64,000 nt of DNA from an uncultured Gammaproteobacteria bacterium. GTDB lineage: Bacteria; Pseudomonadota; Gammaproteobacteria; Steroidobacterales; Rariloculaceae. This document shows positions 1-9,204 of the stretch, one piece after another; the stretch's first letter is position 1, and the number at the start of each line of letters is the position of its first letter. A program made the translations under genes and the position numbers. Location of the stretch: contig OY969712.1 in NCBI GenBank assembly GCA_963702105.1, positions 1,796,312-1,860,311 of the forward strand, read 5' to 3'. The notes beneath the pieces were generated by a model. That model saw only the letters and a program-made list of their open reading frames with translations, was not told the origin of the DNA and searched no databases.

Positions 1-982
1 TCTGGCTGTAGCGGAAACAGCCCTCGATACGGATCGCGAGCGAATTGACCCGATGGTTCTTGGAGCGGAACTTCGGGTATTGCGGTACGGCCGCCCACAT
101 GGGTGACGAGACGGGATTGCGGCCGCGATCGGTATGGCAGTTGCGGCAGCTCAGCGTATTGCCCGTGTACTTCGCCGCGTATTTCGGCGTGTCCGTGAAT
201 ATGCGCTCGCCCAGCAGGATCGCCGCCGCGTCCTCTGGATTGCGGGGCAGCGCCGACTCGGGCGGCGGCTCGAACGCATCGGGATCCTGGGCGTGCGGGG
301 TCCAGGCGGACTTCGCGCCGCGCGGCGCCTCGGCGCGCTGTCCTTCCCGCAGCGAGGCCGCGTACTCGGCCGCGCCCTTCATCTCCGCGGGGGCGAGCTG
401 CGCCGCGACCCGCGCCATGAGGCCGAGGGGACCGCCCGGGCGCGTACCGGCCTTGAAGGCCTCGAGCTGCGCGAGCAGGTAGTCCGCGGGCTGGCCCGCG
501 AGGCCGGGCAGCGCCGAACCGCCGCCCTGCAGCGCGGGTCCGTGGCAGTCGCGGCAGGCCGGCACGCCCTGCGACCATTTGCCGAGCGCCACGAGCTGCG
601 CGCCGAGCGCGAGCGATTCGCCCGCCGCGGGCGCGGCCTTGAGATAAGGAGCCGAAAGGCCGGCGACGTAGTCGGAGAGCGCGCGAATCTGTCGGTCTTC
701 GAGCGGCTTGGCGATCGGCGCCATGACGGCGTCCGGCCGCTTGCCGTCGCGGTAGGCCGAGAGCTGATCGGCGACGTAGGAGGTCGGCAGACCGGCGAGC
801 CTCGGGATCGCGCCGCTGCCTTCTCCGCGTGCACCGTGGCACGCGGCGCAGGGAGCGACCTGCCCCGCGACGCCTTGGGTGTAAAGACGGCCGCCCGGCG
901 ATTCCTGCGTCCGACCGAGCGACGAGAGGGCCAGCGAGAGACCCGCGGCGGCCACGAGCCCGAGCATTTTCTGCGCGCCCAT
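1..982 (-). CDS. Multihaem c-type cytochrome, N-terminal part of a TsdB-TsdA-like (thiosulfate dehydrogenase type) fusion; runs off the left edge
   Basis: Absent from the ORF track because there is no in-window stop. My reverse-strand translation from ATG at 982 gives MGAQKMLGLVAAAGLSLALS (signal peptide). Three CxxCH motifs follow: CAACH 836-850, CRDCH 542-556, CRNCH 134-148. The frame stays open to nt 1. The tail CRNCHTDRGRNPVSSPMWAAVPQYPKFRSKNHRVNSLAIRIEGCFRYSQ looks like a SoxA/TsdA haem domain following a dihaem c4-like module. Confidence 0.6.
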   Translation of the reverse strand, partial: MGAQKMLGLVAAAGLSLALSSLGRTQESPGGRLYTQGVAGQVAPCAACHGARGEGSGAIPRLAGLPTSYVADQLSAYRDGKRPDAVMAPIAKPLEDRQIRALSDYVAGLSAPYLKAAPAAGESLALGAQLVALGKWSQGVPACRDCHGPALQGGGSALPGLAGQPADYLLAQLEAFKAGTRPGGPLGLMARVAAQLAPAEMKGAAEYAASLREGQRAEAPRGAKSAWTPHAQDPDAFEPPPESALPRNPEDAAAILLGERIFTDTPKYAAKYTGNTLSCRNCHTDRGRNPVSSPMWAAVPQYPKFRSKNHRVNSLAIRIEGCFRYSQ

Positions 983-1180
983 CGAGTTCACCATCGTATT
1001 CGAGTTGTTCTGCCGATCCGAAGCGTCCTGTACGGCGAAGCGTGTACACTCTGCGCCGACCCACGAGGCGCCGGCCCCGACCCGGACTTTCGAAAGGATA
1101 CTCGCAATGCAGCTTCTCGACATGCGCCGCCCCGCGTTGGGGGGCCTTCAGCCGGCCGCAGGCCTGCCCAGGAAGCGGCC

Positions 1181-1975
1181 GTGGCCCTGACTTGGCTCGG
1201 CGCCCTCGCGGTCGGTCTGAGCCTCGGTCTGCTCGGCTCCGGCGGCTCCATCCTGACCGTCCCGGTGCTGGTCTATGCCGCCGGCGAGCCGCCGAAAGTC
1301 GCGATCGCGGCATCGCTCGCCATCGTCGGGGCGATCGCTCTGGTCGGCGCCTTGAGCTACGCGCGCCAGCGCCTCGTCGACTGGCGCTACGTGCTCTACT
1401 TCGGGCTGCCCGGCATCGTCGCCACGTACGGCGGAGCGTGGTTTTCCCACTTCGTGAGCGGCGCCCTCCAGCTCGTCGTCTTCGCGTTCGTCATGGCGCT
1501 GGCCTCGGTCATGATGCTGCGCCGGCCGCGCGCCGTGCGCGTGCCCGGCACCGTCCAGACGGCTCATGGAGAGCGCCACTTCCTCTGGCTCCTCGGCGCG
1601 GGCGTCGGCATCGGCCTCGTCACGGGCTTCGTCGGCGTGGGCGGCGGGTTCCTGTTCGTGCCGGCCCTCGTGGTCCTCGGCCGGCTTTCGATGCATCGTG
1701 CCGTCGGGACGAGCCTCGCGATCATCGTCCTCAACTCGGCTAGCGGCTTCTACAAGCACTTCGAGCTGCTGACGGCCGGCAGCGTACCGATACCGTGGAA
1801 CATCATCGCGATCTTCGCAGCCATCGGCATCGGCGGCAGCCTGCTCGGCAATCTGCTGGCCCGGCGGTTGCAGCATGCGCATCTGCGCCGCGTGTTCGGT
1901 GTGTTTCTCGTCGTCATGAGCGCCCTGATCCTCTGGGAAAGCCTGCCCGCGGTCGTCCACGCCGCGGGCCGTTGA
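1181..1975 (+). CDS. TauE/SafE (DUF81) family sulfite/anion exporter permease
   Basis: C-terminal 264 aa of track ORF 134..1975. GTG at 1181 is in frame. Multi-TM sequence with paired motifs [16 protein letters not shown] and [16 protein letters not shown]. The upstream part of the track ORF is Arg-rich junk. Confidence 0.8.
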   Translation: MALTWLGALAVGLSLGLLGSGGSILTVPVLVYAAGEPPKVAIAASLAIVGAIALVGALSYARQRLVDWRYVLYFGLPGIVATYGGAWFSHFVSGALQLVVFAFVMALASVMMLRRPRAVRVPGTVQTAHGERHFLWLLGAGVGIGLVTGFVGVGGGFLFVPALVVLGRLSMHRAVGTSLAIIVLNSASGFYKHFELLTAGSVPIPWNIIAIFAAIGIGGSLLGNLLARRLQHAHLRRVFGVFLVVMSALILWESLPAVVHAAGR

Positions 1976-2073
1976 GGGCCGACGCTGCCGCGCCGGAGGC
2001 CGCGGCGGGTCTGGCGGCCGTTCCGAAGACGCGCGATAGTTCGCTTTTGGGACCCGTTTCGAAGGAGAAGAAG

Positions 2074-2658
2074 ATGCCACTCAAGCTCGTCCTCGAGCTC
2101 AGCGACAGCGATCTCGGTTACTACCGGCAAATCATGGAAGAGACCTGTGAGCGAAACGCGAAGCGAGGCGAGAAGGCGATTCTCGAGGAGGCCCGGCGGC
2201 TGCTCGATCGCGCCCAACACGGCGAAGGGCCGGAATACGTGCGCCGGCGCCTGAGCGACCTCGGCACACTCATCGCGCTGCTCGAGGACCCGGAGTGGCC
2301 GCTCGAGGATCGCGAGCGCGGCCGGATCATGGCCGCCATCAGCTACTTCGCCGAGCCCGAGGACATGATCCCGGACAAGATCCCGGGCCTCGGCTTCCTC
2401 GACGACGCCCTCATGGCGGAGATCGTCATCGACGAGCTCAAGCACGACCTCGAGGGTTACCGGGAGTTCAGCGAGTATCGGAAACAGCAGGAGGCGATTC
2501 GCGGCAAGGAAGCGCACGTGAGCCGCGAGGACTGGCTCGGCGAGCGGCGGCGGCAGATCTTTCTGCGCATCAAGCGGCGGCAGGAGGAGCGGCGGCGGCA
2601 CGGTTCGACGGAGTCGCCGACCGATCCGATACTGGCTTACCGGAGCTATCCTTACTGA
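2074..2658 (+). CDS. DUF1232 (YkvA-like) domain protein
   Basis: ATG at 2074 is preceded by GAAGGAGAAG. Motif YFAEPEDMIPDKIPGLGFLDDALM is typical of DUF1232. In frame with track ORF 1795..2658. Confidence 0.65.
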   Translation: MPLKLVLELSDSDLGYYRQIMEETCERNAKRGEKAILEEARRLLDRAQHGEGPEYVRRRLSDLGTLIALLEDPEWPLEDRERGRIMAAISYFAEPEDMIPDKIPGLGFLDDALMAEIVIDELKHDLEGYREFSEYRKQQEAIRGKEAHVSREDWLGERRRQIFLRIKRRQEERRRHGSTESPTDPILAYRSYPY

Positions 2659-2715
2659 TCTTCGCCCGCGTCCTACGGGGACGCGCCGGAGCGGGGTGCA
2701 CGCAGGGACGGGCTC

Positions 2716-3255
2716 ATGGCGAAGGTGCTGATCGTTTACGGAACGACCGAGGGACAAACGGCCAAGATCGCGCAGCACATCGGCGACGTCGGCCGGCGTC
2801 TCGGGCACGATGCGACGGTCCGGCAGGCGGCGGACCTCGAAGACGAGCATCTCGACGAATTCGCTGCGGTGATCGTCGCCGGGTCGCTGCACGAGGGCCG
2901 CTACCAGCGCGCCGTGCGCGGCTTCGTCGAGCGGCACAAGGCCTTTCTGGCGGCCCATCCGAGCGCGTTCGTCTCCGTCTCGCTGGCCGCGGCAAGCCGG
3001 GATGCGGACGAGCGCGCCGAAGTGCGGCGGATCGCAGCCGACTTCGCGGCGGCGTCGGGCTGGGCGCCGAACCGTGTAGAGAGCTTCGCCGGCGCGCTCA
3101 GGTATACGCAGTACAGCTGGCTCAAGCGGGCGCTCATGAAGCGCATCGCCGCGAAGGAGGGCGGCGACGTCGATACCTCGCGGGATTTCGAGTACACGGA
3201 TTGGAACGAAGTCACGCGTTTTGCCGAAGCGTTCTTCGCCGACGAGACGGCATGA
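2716..3255 (+). CDS. hemG: Flavodoxin-like protoporphyrinogen IX dehydrogenase (HemG-type)
   Basis: 179 aa. N-terminus MAKVLIVYGTTEGQT is flavodoxin-like. C-terminus AGALRYTQYSWLKRALMKRIAAKEGGDVDTSRDFEYTDWNEVTRFAEAF closely parallels E. coli HemG as I recall it. Confidence 0.7.
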   Translation: MAKVLIVYGTTEGQTAKIAQHIGDVGRRLGHDATVRQAADLEDEHLDEFAAVIVAGSLHEGRYQRAVRGFVERHKAFLAAHPSAFVSVSLAAASRDADERAEVRRIAADFAAASGWAPNRVESFAGALRYTQYSWLKRALMKRIAAKEGGDVDTSRDFEYTDWNEVTRFAEAFFADETA

Positions 3256-3313
3256 CATTCCGCCATAGGCGCGGCGGTTATCTTGGACTGCGTCACAGAA
3301 TAGGGGCGCCGCG

Positions 3314-4732
3314 GTGTCGCCCCCGCAGGAGGGCCCGTATAGTCGCCGCACGATGGCCGGCCCCAATGCAAGCTCCGCGCCGCAAGCGGCCCTCGGGCAG
3401 CGGCTGCGGCTCGCGGAAGTCATCGGCGCTCTGAGCTACGCCCTCGATCTGACCGAGGGCCAGCCTCGAGGCCATTGCCTGCGCGCGTGCTGGATCGGCT
3501 TTCACGTCGGCCGCGAGCTCGGCCTCGACGAGGCCGCGCTCTGGGATCTTTACTACGTGCTCCTGCTCAAGGATGCGGGCTGCAGCAGCAATGCCGAGCG
3601 GCTCTACGAGCTTTACGCTCACGACGATCTTGCGACGAAGCGCGACTTCAAGACCGTCGATACGGACAGTCTCCATCAGCTCGCTTCGTTCGTGCTCAAT
3701 CATGCGGGTGTCGGCAAGGGGCTCCGGACGAAACTGCGCACGCTGGGCAACCTGCTGTTGCACGGCGAGGCGCTCGCGACGGAGCTCATCGCGACCCGCT
3801 GCGAGCGCGGCGCGCAGATCGCACTGGATCTCGGCTTCGGCCAGGCCGTCGCCGAAGGCATCCATAGCCTCGACGAGCATTGGAACGGCAAGGGCCGGCC
3901 GGAGGGGCTCGCCGGCGGCGCGATACCCGTCGCGGCGCGCATTGCGCTGCTCGCACAGGTCGTGGACGTATTCCAGCACGAATCGGGCGCGGAGGCCGCG
4001 TTGGCGCAAGTGCGCCGCCGTCGCGGAACGTGGTTCGATCCCGCCGTCGTGGACGCTCTGTGCCGCGTCGGCCGGGAGGCGGGCTTCTGGGCCGCCCTTC
4101 GCGCCGAGGACATCGATCATCGCGTGTTCGCGCTCGAGCCGGCGAGCCGCATCACTTCGGTGGACGACGACCGCCTCGATGCGATCGCCGCAGGCTTTGC
4201 GGGCGTCGTAGACGCCAAGAGCCACTTCACGTACGGCCACAGCACACGCGTCGCCGATTACAGCGAGACCCTTGCAAAGTGCTTCAACATGGACCAGGGA
4301 CGCCGCCGCTGGCTGCGGCGCGGCGCTCTGCTCCACGACATCGGCAAGCTCGGCGTCAGCAATGCCGTGCTCGACAAGCCGGGCGGCCTCGACTCCGACG
4401 AGTGGGAGCAGGTCAAGGCCCATCCGGTATTCACGGAGGAGATCCTCGCCCGGATCACGCCGTTCAAAGAGCTTGCCAGGATCGCCGGCGCGCATCACGA
4501 GCGGCTCGACGGCAAGGGCTACCCGCGCGGCCTGAAGGGCGCCGGTATCTCGCTCGAGACGCGCATCATCACGACGGCGGACATATTCGACGCGATCACG
4601 GCGGAGCGCCCCTATCGAGCCGCCGTTCCGCCCGCCCAGGCGCTCGACATGATGGAGAAGCTGCGCGGCCGCGCGTTGGACGGCGACTGTCTCGACGCGC
4701 TGCGCAGCGCCCTTTCGAGCCTGCGGCCCTGA
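3314..4732 (+). CDS. HD-GYP domain phosphodiesterase-like signalling protein
   Basis: 472 aa. Contains LLHDIGKLGV ... HHERLDGKGYPRGL, the HD plus GYP signature. A second degenerate HD-like module lies upstream. The start is uncertain. Confidence 0.85.
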   Translation: MSPPQEGPYSRRTMAGPNASSAPQAALGQRLRLAEVIGALSYALDLTEGQPRGHCLRACWIGFHVGRELGLDEAALWDLYYVLLLKDAGCSSNAERLYELYAHDDLATKRDFKTVDTDSLHQLASFVLNHAGVGKGLRTKLRTLGNLLLHGEALATELIATRCERGAQIALDLGFGQAVAEGIHSLDEHWNGKGRPEGLAGGAIPVAARIALLAQVVDVFQHESGAEAALAQVRRRRGTWFDPAVVDALCRVGREAGFWAALRAEDIDHRVFALEPASRITSVDDDRLDAIAAGFAGVVDAKSHFTYGHSTRVADYSETLAKCFNMDQGRRRWLRRGALLHDIGKLGVSNAVLDKPGGLDSDEWEQVKAHPVFTEEILARITPFKELARIAGAHHERLDGKGYPRGLKGAGISLETRIITTADIFDAITAERPYRAAVPPAQALDMMEKLRGRALDGDCLDALRSALSSLRP

Positions 4733-4851
4733 CGCGCGGAGGCGAGTCCCGCTCCCTACGTCCCTTCTCCGGCCGAGCGCAGGCTGCTGATGCAGGGCCG
4801 ACCCGGCTATGATTCACGGGAGCGCGACCTTGCGCGGAGGAGGACAGCCGC

Positions 4852-5286
4852 ATGCAGCCGTATCCGCATCACTATCGAGTCACGGCTTCTGCCAAGGCCC
4901 AGGGTGAGGTGACCTTGGGCGCGGAGGGGCTGACCGACTTGTTGTCGGCGCCGCCACCCGAGTTCGGCGGTCCCGGCGACCGCTGGTCGCCGGAGACGCT
5001 GTTCGTCGCTGCGGCGGCCGATTGCCTCATCCTGAGCTTTCGCGCCATCGCGACGGCGTCCAAGCTGCCGTGGCAAGCACTCGAGTGCCGCGCCGAAGGC
5101 ACGCTCGACCGCGTGGAGGGGCGCACTCGGTTCGTCGCGCTGCACCTGCACGCCGAGCTGACGCTGCCGGCCGACGGCAACGTCGAACGGGCCCGGCGGC
5201 TGCTCGAAAAAGCCGAGGTGAGCTGCCTCGTCACGAGCTCGCTGAAATTCGAGCCCGAGCTCAGCATGAACGTCTCGTTGGCATGA
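4852..5286 (+). CDS. OsmC family peroxiredoxin-like protein
   Basis: 144 aa. PHHY..., two conserved Cys contexts (AADCLILSF, EVSCLVTSS) and a size typical of OsmC/Ohr. Confidence 0.75.
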   Translation: MQPYPHHYRVTASAKAQGEVTLGAEGLTDLLSAPPPEFGGPGDRWSPETLFVAAAADCLILSFRAIATASKLPWQALECRAEGTLDRVEGRTRFVALHLHAELTLPADGNVERARRLLEKAEVSCLVTSSLKFEPELSMNVSLA

Positions 5287-5329
5287 GGTCGCCCGCGCGG
5301 GCGGCCCGAGAGGCGGCTCTTCGAGCCCC

Positions 5330-6574
5330 TCAGGCCGGCTCCGTCCGCGGGGGCTTGATCGCCTCCGCTGCGCCCCCGCGGTCGAAGTACGGGACGTCGA
5401 GGACGTTGTGGATGAAGTACCGGGCGATGGGCACGCCGAGCAGCAGGCCCCAGAGGCCGAAGGCATGGTAGCCGACGTAGAGAATGATGAGCGTGAGCAC
5501 GGGGTTCAGCCTGAGATGCCGGCCGTAGAGGAGCGGATTCAGCACGTAAGCCTCGATCGTGTGGATCACGACGACCATGGCGATGGCCGCGCCGGAGAGC
5601 GCGAGCCCGCCGTCGTTCAGCGCCACGAGCACGATCGGCGTCGTCGAGATCAAGACTCCCAGCACCGGTACGAAGCTGCTCACGAAGACGATGACCGAGA
5701 GCATCGCGACGAGCGGGATGTGGAGCAGCAGCAGCCCGACGATCGTCAGCGCGGTATTGATGAGCGCGATCGAAGCCTGAGCTTCGATGGCGCGGCCGAC
5801 CAGATAGCCGAAGCGGCCGATCGCCGGGGCCGCCTCTTCGTAGAAATCCCCGACCTTCGAGCTGCGTAGGCGGGCGATGCCGCGCTTCATGCGGCCGACG
5901 TCGCTGAGAATGAGGTAGCTGAAGAGCAGGGCCAGCAGCGTCGTGGCCGTCGCCCGATACAGCATGTTGACGACGGTCGGGGCGTAGTGGCGCACGCGCT
6001 GGAACTGCTGATTCATGATTGCGTTGAGATAGAGCTGATCCTGCCTGTTGAAGTAGTCGGCGAGGCTGCCCGTCGGTACCGCGTTCGTCTCTCTCGCGAG
6101 CCGGATCTCGGTGTCCGTCACCGAGTAGCTCGGGCGCTCCGCGGCCAGGCGCTCGTCCACCGCAGCAGCGACCTCGTCGGGCAGCGCGCTGCGCAGGAAG
6201 CCCGTCAAAGGCTGACGCAGCGAAGGATAGCGCTCGATGAGCCTGTCCTTGGCCTCCACGAGCCGGAATTCGATCGCCGGAAGGTTCAGGATCGTGCGGT
6301 TTACCTCGGAGGCGACGCTGGGCACGACGAAGCGTACGAACGCAACCAGCACGAGCAGGAACAGCGCGTAGACGACGGAAAGAGAGACCCAATGCGGCAG
6401 CCTGAGCCGGCGTTCGCCGAACAGCGCGAAGGGGGCTGCGACGATTGCGAGCACGAAGGAGAGGAACACGAGACTGAAGAAGGCGCGCAGCGCCCACAGC
6501 AGCAGAAACAGAATGAACCAGATGACGATCCGGCGGTTGCGCTGATAGAACTCTGTAAAGCTGAAGGCGGACAT
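5330..6574 (-). CDS. AI-2E family transporter (PerM/UPF0118)
   Basis: 414 aa polytopic membrane protein. The block FVSSFVPVLGVLISTTPIVLVAL is typical of the family. Confidence 0.8.
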   Translation of the reverse strand: MSAFSFTEFYQRNRRIVIWFILFLLLWALRAFFSLVFLSFVLAIVAAPFALFGERRLRLPHWVSLSVVYALFLLVLVAFVRFVVPSVASEVNRTILNLPAIEFRLVEAKDRLIERYPSLRQPLTGFLRSALPDEVAAAVDERLAAERPSYSVTDTEIRLARETNAVPTGSLADYFNRQDQLYLNAIMNQQFQRVRHYAPTVVNMLYRATATTLLALLFSYLILSDVGRMKRGIARLRSSKVGDFYEEAAPAIGRFGYLVGRAIEAQASIALINTALTIVGLLLLHIPLVAMLSVIVFVSSFVPVLGVLISTTPIVLVALNDGGLALSGAAIAMVVVIHTIEAYVLNPLLYGRHLRLNPVLTLIILYVGYHAFGLWGLLLGVPIARYFIHNVLDVPYFDRGGAAEAIKPPRTEPA

Positions 6575-6796
6575 CGCGCTGGTGCTCCGAGGCGGGGCAC
6601 TAGTATGCAGGCTTCGCAGGCCCGAGCCTAGCGGCCCCGAGGCCGCGGCGACAAGCCGGCGACGCCGTCCGGCGCGCCTGAAGCGGCGGCGCCTGCGGCC
6701 CTCTCGGCACCGGTTGAACTTGCGCCGACGGTCCGGGAACTACAAGCTACAATGAACCTTCTTTCCCGCCCACCATACGAACAGGAGAACGACCCG

Positions 6797-8077
6797 GTGA
6801 AGCTCGAAACCCAATGCCTGCACGCCGGCACGCAGCCGGATCCGACGACCAAATCCCGGGCAGTCCCCATCTATCGCACCAGCTCCTATGTATTCGATAG
6901 CACGGAGCACGCCGCGAATCTCTTTGCGCTCAAGGAGCTCGGCAACATCTACACGCGCATCATGAATCCGACCCAGGATGCGCTCGAGCAGCGGGTCGCG
7001 GCCATGGAGGGGGGAGCGGCGGGGCTTGCGCTCGCCTCCGGCACGGCCTCGATATTCAACTCCATCAACAACATCTGCCGGAGCGGGGACGAGATCGTCT
7101 CGGCGAACAACCTCTACGGCGGAACGTACACGATGTTCAACGACCTGTTGCCGCAGTTCGGCTATCGCGCGCACTTCGTCGATCCGAACGATCCCGAGAA
7201 CTTCGCCGCCGCGATCACGCCGAAGACCAAGCTGCTGTTCTGCGAGACGCTGTCCAATCCTGCCGGCGACGTGTCCGACATCGAGGCGATTGCGGACGTG
7301 GCCCACGCCCACGGTATCCCGCTGATCGTGGACGCGACTTTCACGACGCCCGTGCTGCAGAGGTCGATCGACTTCGGCGCCGACATCGTCGTGAACTCGC
7401 TCACGAAGTGGATGGGCGGCCACGGCACGGGCATCGGCGGCATCGTGGTGGACTCGGGACGCTTCGACTGGCGCAGCGACAAGTTTCCGCTCATGACGGA
7501 GCCGGATTCGAGCTACCATGGCGTCCGCTGGGCGCACGATCTGCCGGAGCCGCTCGCACCGGTCGCCTATTTGATCCGCATGCGCGTCATTCCGCTGCGC
7601 AATCTCGGCGCCTGCATCAGCCCTGACAATGCTTGGATGTTCATGCAGGGCATCGAGACGCTGCCCCTGCGCATGGAGCGGCATTGCGCGAACGCCCTCG
7701 CGGTCGCGAAACATCTCGAGCAGCACAGCCAAGTGGAGTGGGTCCGCTACCCCGGGTTGCCGGGGGACCCCGCAAACCGCCTCAACGACAAGTATCTCAA
7801 GGGTATGGGCGGGGCCATGGTCGTCTTCGGCATCAAGGGCGGACTCGAGGCGGGTACGAAATTCATCGAAGGCCTCGAGCTGTTCAGCCACCTCGCAAAC
7901 GTCGGCGACGCCAAGAGCCTCGCGATCCATCCCGCGACCACGACTCACTCGCAGCTGAGCCCGGAGCAGCAGAAGGCCGGCGGCATCGCGCCCGAGCTCG
8001 TGCGCCTGTCGATCGGCATCGAGCACATCGACGACATCGTCGAGGACATCGAGAAGGGGCTCGCGGCAGCGAAGTAG
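6797..8077 (+). CDS. metY: O-acetylhomoserine aminocarboxypropyltransferase (sulfhydrylase)
   Basis: CLHAGTQPDPTTKSRAVPIYRTSSYVFDSTEHAANLFALKELGNIYTRIMNPT plus the PLP-lysine context NSLTKWMGGHG. GTG 6797 follows CAGGAGA. The longer track start at 6752 is possible. Confidence 0.9.
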   Translation: MKLETQCLHAGTQPDPTTKSRAVPIYRTSSYVFDSTEHAANLFALKELGNIYTRIMNPTQDALEQRVAAMEGGAAGLALASGTASIFNSINNICRSGDEIVSANNLYGGTYTMFNDLLPQFGYRAHFVDPNDPENFAAAITPKTKLLFCETLSNPAGDVSDIEAIADVAHAHGIPLIVDATFTTPVLQRSIDFGADIVVNSLTKWMGGHGTGIGGIVVDSGRFDWRSDKFPLMTEPDSSYHGVRWAHDLPEPLAPVAYLIRMRVIPLRNLGACISPDNAWMFMQGIETLPLRMERHCANALAVAKHLEQHSQVEWVRYPGLPGDPANRLNDKYLKGMGGAMVVFGIKGGLEAGTKFIEGLELFSHLANVGDAKSLAIHPATTTHSQLSPEQQKAGGIAPELVRLSIGIEHIDDIVEDIEKGLAAAK

Positions 8078-8097
8078 CCGCGTCGAGCGATATCGGC

Positions 8098-9201
8098 GTG
8101 TCGGACCGGACGGAAGTCTTCGGGCGGTTCACGCTCGAGAGCGGGGCGGTGCTCTCGGACGTGCCCGTGGCTTACAGGACGTGGGGGCGCTTGAACGCCG
8201 CCGGCGACAACGCGATCGTCGTCTGCCATGCATTGACGGGCAACTGCGACGTCGAGGCGTGGTGGTCGAAGCTCATTGGCCCGGGCCGCGCGCTCGATAC
8301 CGATCGTTACTGCGTGATCTGTGCGAACACACTCGCGTCGCCCTATGGATCGGCCTCGCCGCTCAGCGCGGATCCGGCGACGGGGCGCCCCTACGGGGGC
8401 GCCTTCCCCGTCCCGAGCGTTCGAGACACCGTGGCGCTGCACCGAGCCTTGCTCGAGCGCCTCGGCGTCCGCGGAGTGGCATTCGCGATCGGCGGCTCGA
8501 TGGGCGGCATGCAGGTGCTCGAGTGGGCGTTTCACGCGGACCTCGTGCGCGCGCTCGTCCCGATCGCGGTCGGCGGCCGCCACTCGGCCTGGTGCATCGC
8601 GTTCAGCGAGGCGCAGCGGCAGGCGATCTACGCCGATCCGGCCTGGCAAGGCGGGCACTACGAGCCCGGGGCGGGACCGGCCGCCGGGCTCTCGGTGGCG
8701 CGCATGATCGCGATGGTCTCGTATCGCTCGTACGCGTCGTTCGAAGCGCGCTTCGGGCGCAGCCGCGCAGGGCCGGATGCTGATGCGGCCGCGGACGCTG
8801 CCGGGCACGGGCCGGCCGCCGGCGGCGGCGCCCTCGGCACGCCCGGCGAAGCGGATTACGCCGTGGAATCGTATTTGCGCTATCAAGGCGCCAAGCTCGT
8901 CGAGCGGTTCGACGCGAACTGTTACGTGCGCCTGACGCAGACGATGGATACGCACGACGTGGCGCGCGGGCGCGGCGAGTACGCGGCCGTGCTGGGCTCC
9001 ATACGCCAGCCCGCGCTCGTGATCGGCATCGATACGGACGTGCTGTACCCGCTCGCCGAGCAGCGGGAGTTGGCGGCACACATGCCGCGGGCGCGCCTGG
9101 CCGTGCTCGAATCCTCTCACGGCCACGACGGGTTTCTCATCGACTGCGATGCGCTCAACGACCTCGTCGTGGCCTGGCGAAACGAAGTCGTAGACCGTTG
9201 A
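8098..9201 (+). CDS. metX: Homoserine O-acetyltransferase
   Basis: In-frame GTG lies 21 nt after the metY stop. FTLESGAVLSDVPVAYRTWGRLN, VVCHALTGN and GGSMGGMQVLEW (nucleophile elbow). The 5' 155 codons of track ORF 7633..9201 overlap metY and are not credible. Confidence 0.9.
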   Translation: MSDRTEVFGRFTLESGAVLSDVPVAYRTWGRLNAAGDNAIVVCHALTGNCDVEAWWSKLIGPGRALDTDRYCVICANTLASPYGSASPLSADPATGRPYGGAFPVPSVRDTVALHRALLERLGVRGVAFAIGGSMGGMQVLEWAFHADLVRALVPIAVGGRHSAWCIAFSEAQRQAIYADPAWQGGHYEPGAGPAAGLSVARMIAMVSYRSYASFEARFGRSRAGPDADAAADAAGHGPAAGGGALGTPGEADYAVESYLRYQGAKLVERFDANCYVRLTQTMDTHDVARGRGEYAAVLGSIRQPALVIGIDTDVLYPLAEQRELAAHMPRARLAVLESSHGHDGFLIDCDALNDLVVAWRNEVVDR

Positions 9202-9204
9202 GGT

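Noticed and set aside
134-1975. Long 5' extensions of track ORFs (also 7633..9201, 9205..11736, 19106..21226, 11642..13171, 28843..30096, 49601..53098)
   Set aside because: The track takes the longest ATG/GTG/TTG start. The upstream portions overlap better-supported genes or read as low-complexity junk. Internal starts with RBS or overlap logic were used instead.
6575-6796. Possible SAM riboswitch upstream of metY
   Set aside because: I could not find S-box or SAM-II core elements by eye; there is only a weak AAGCTA. The region is also a divergent promoter with the AI-2E gene. It needs Infernal to decide.
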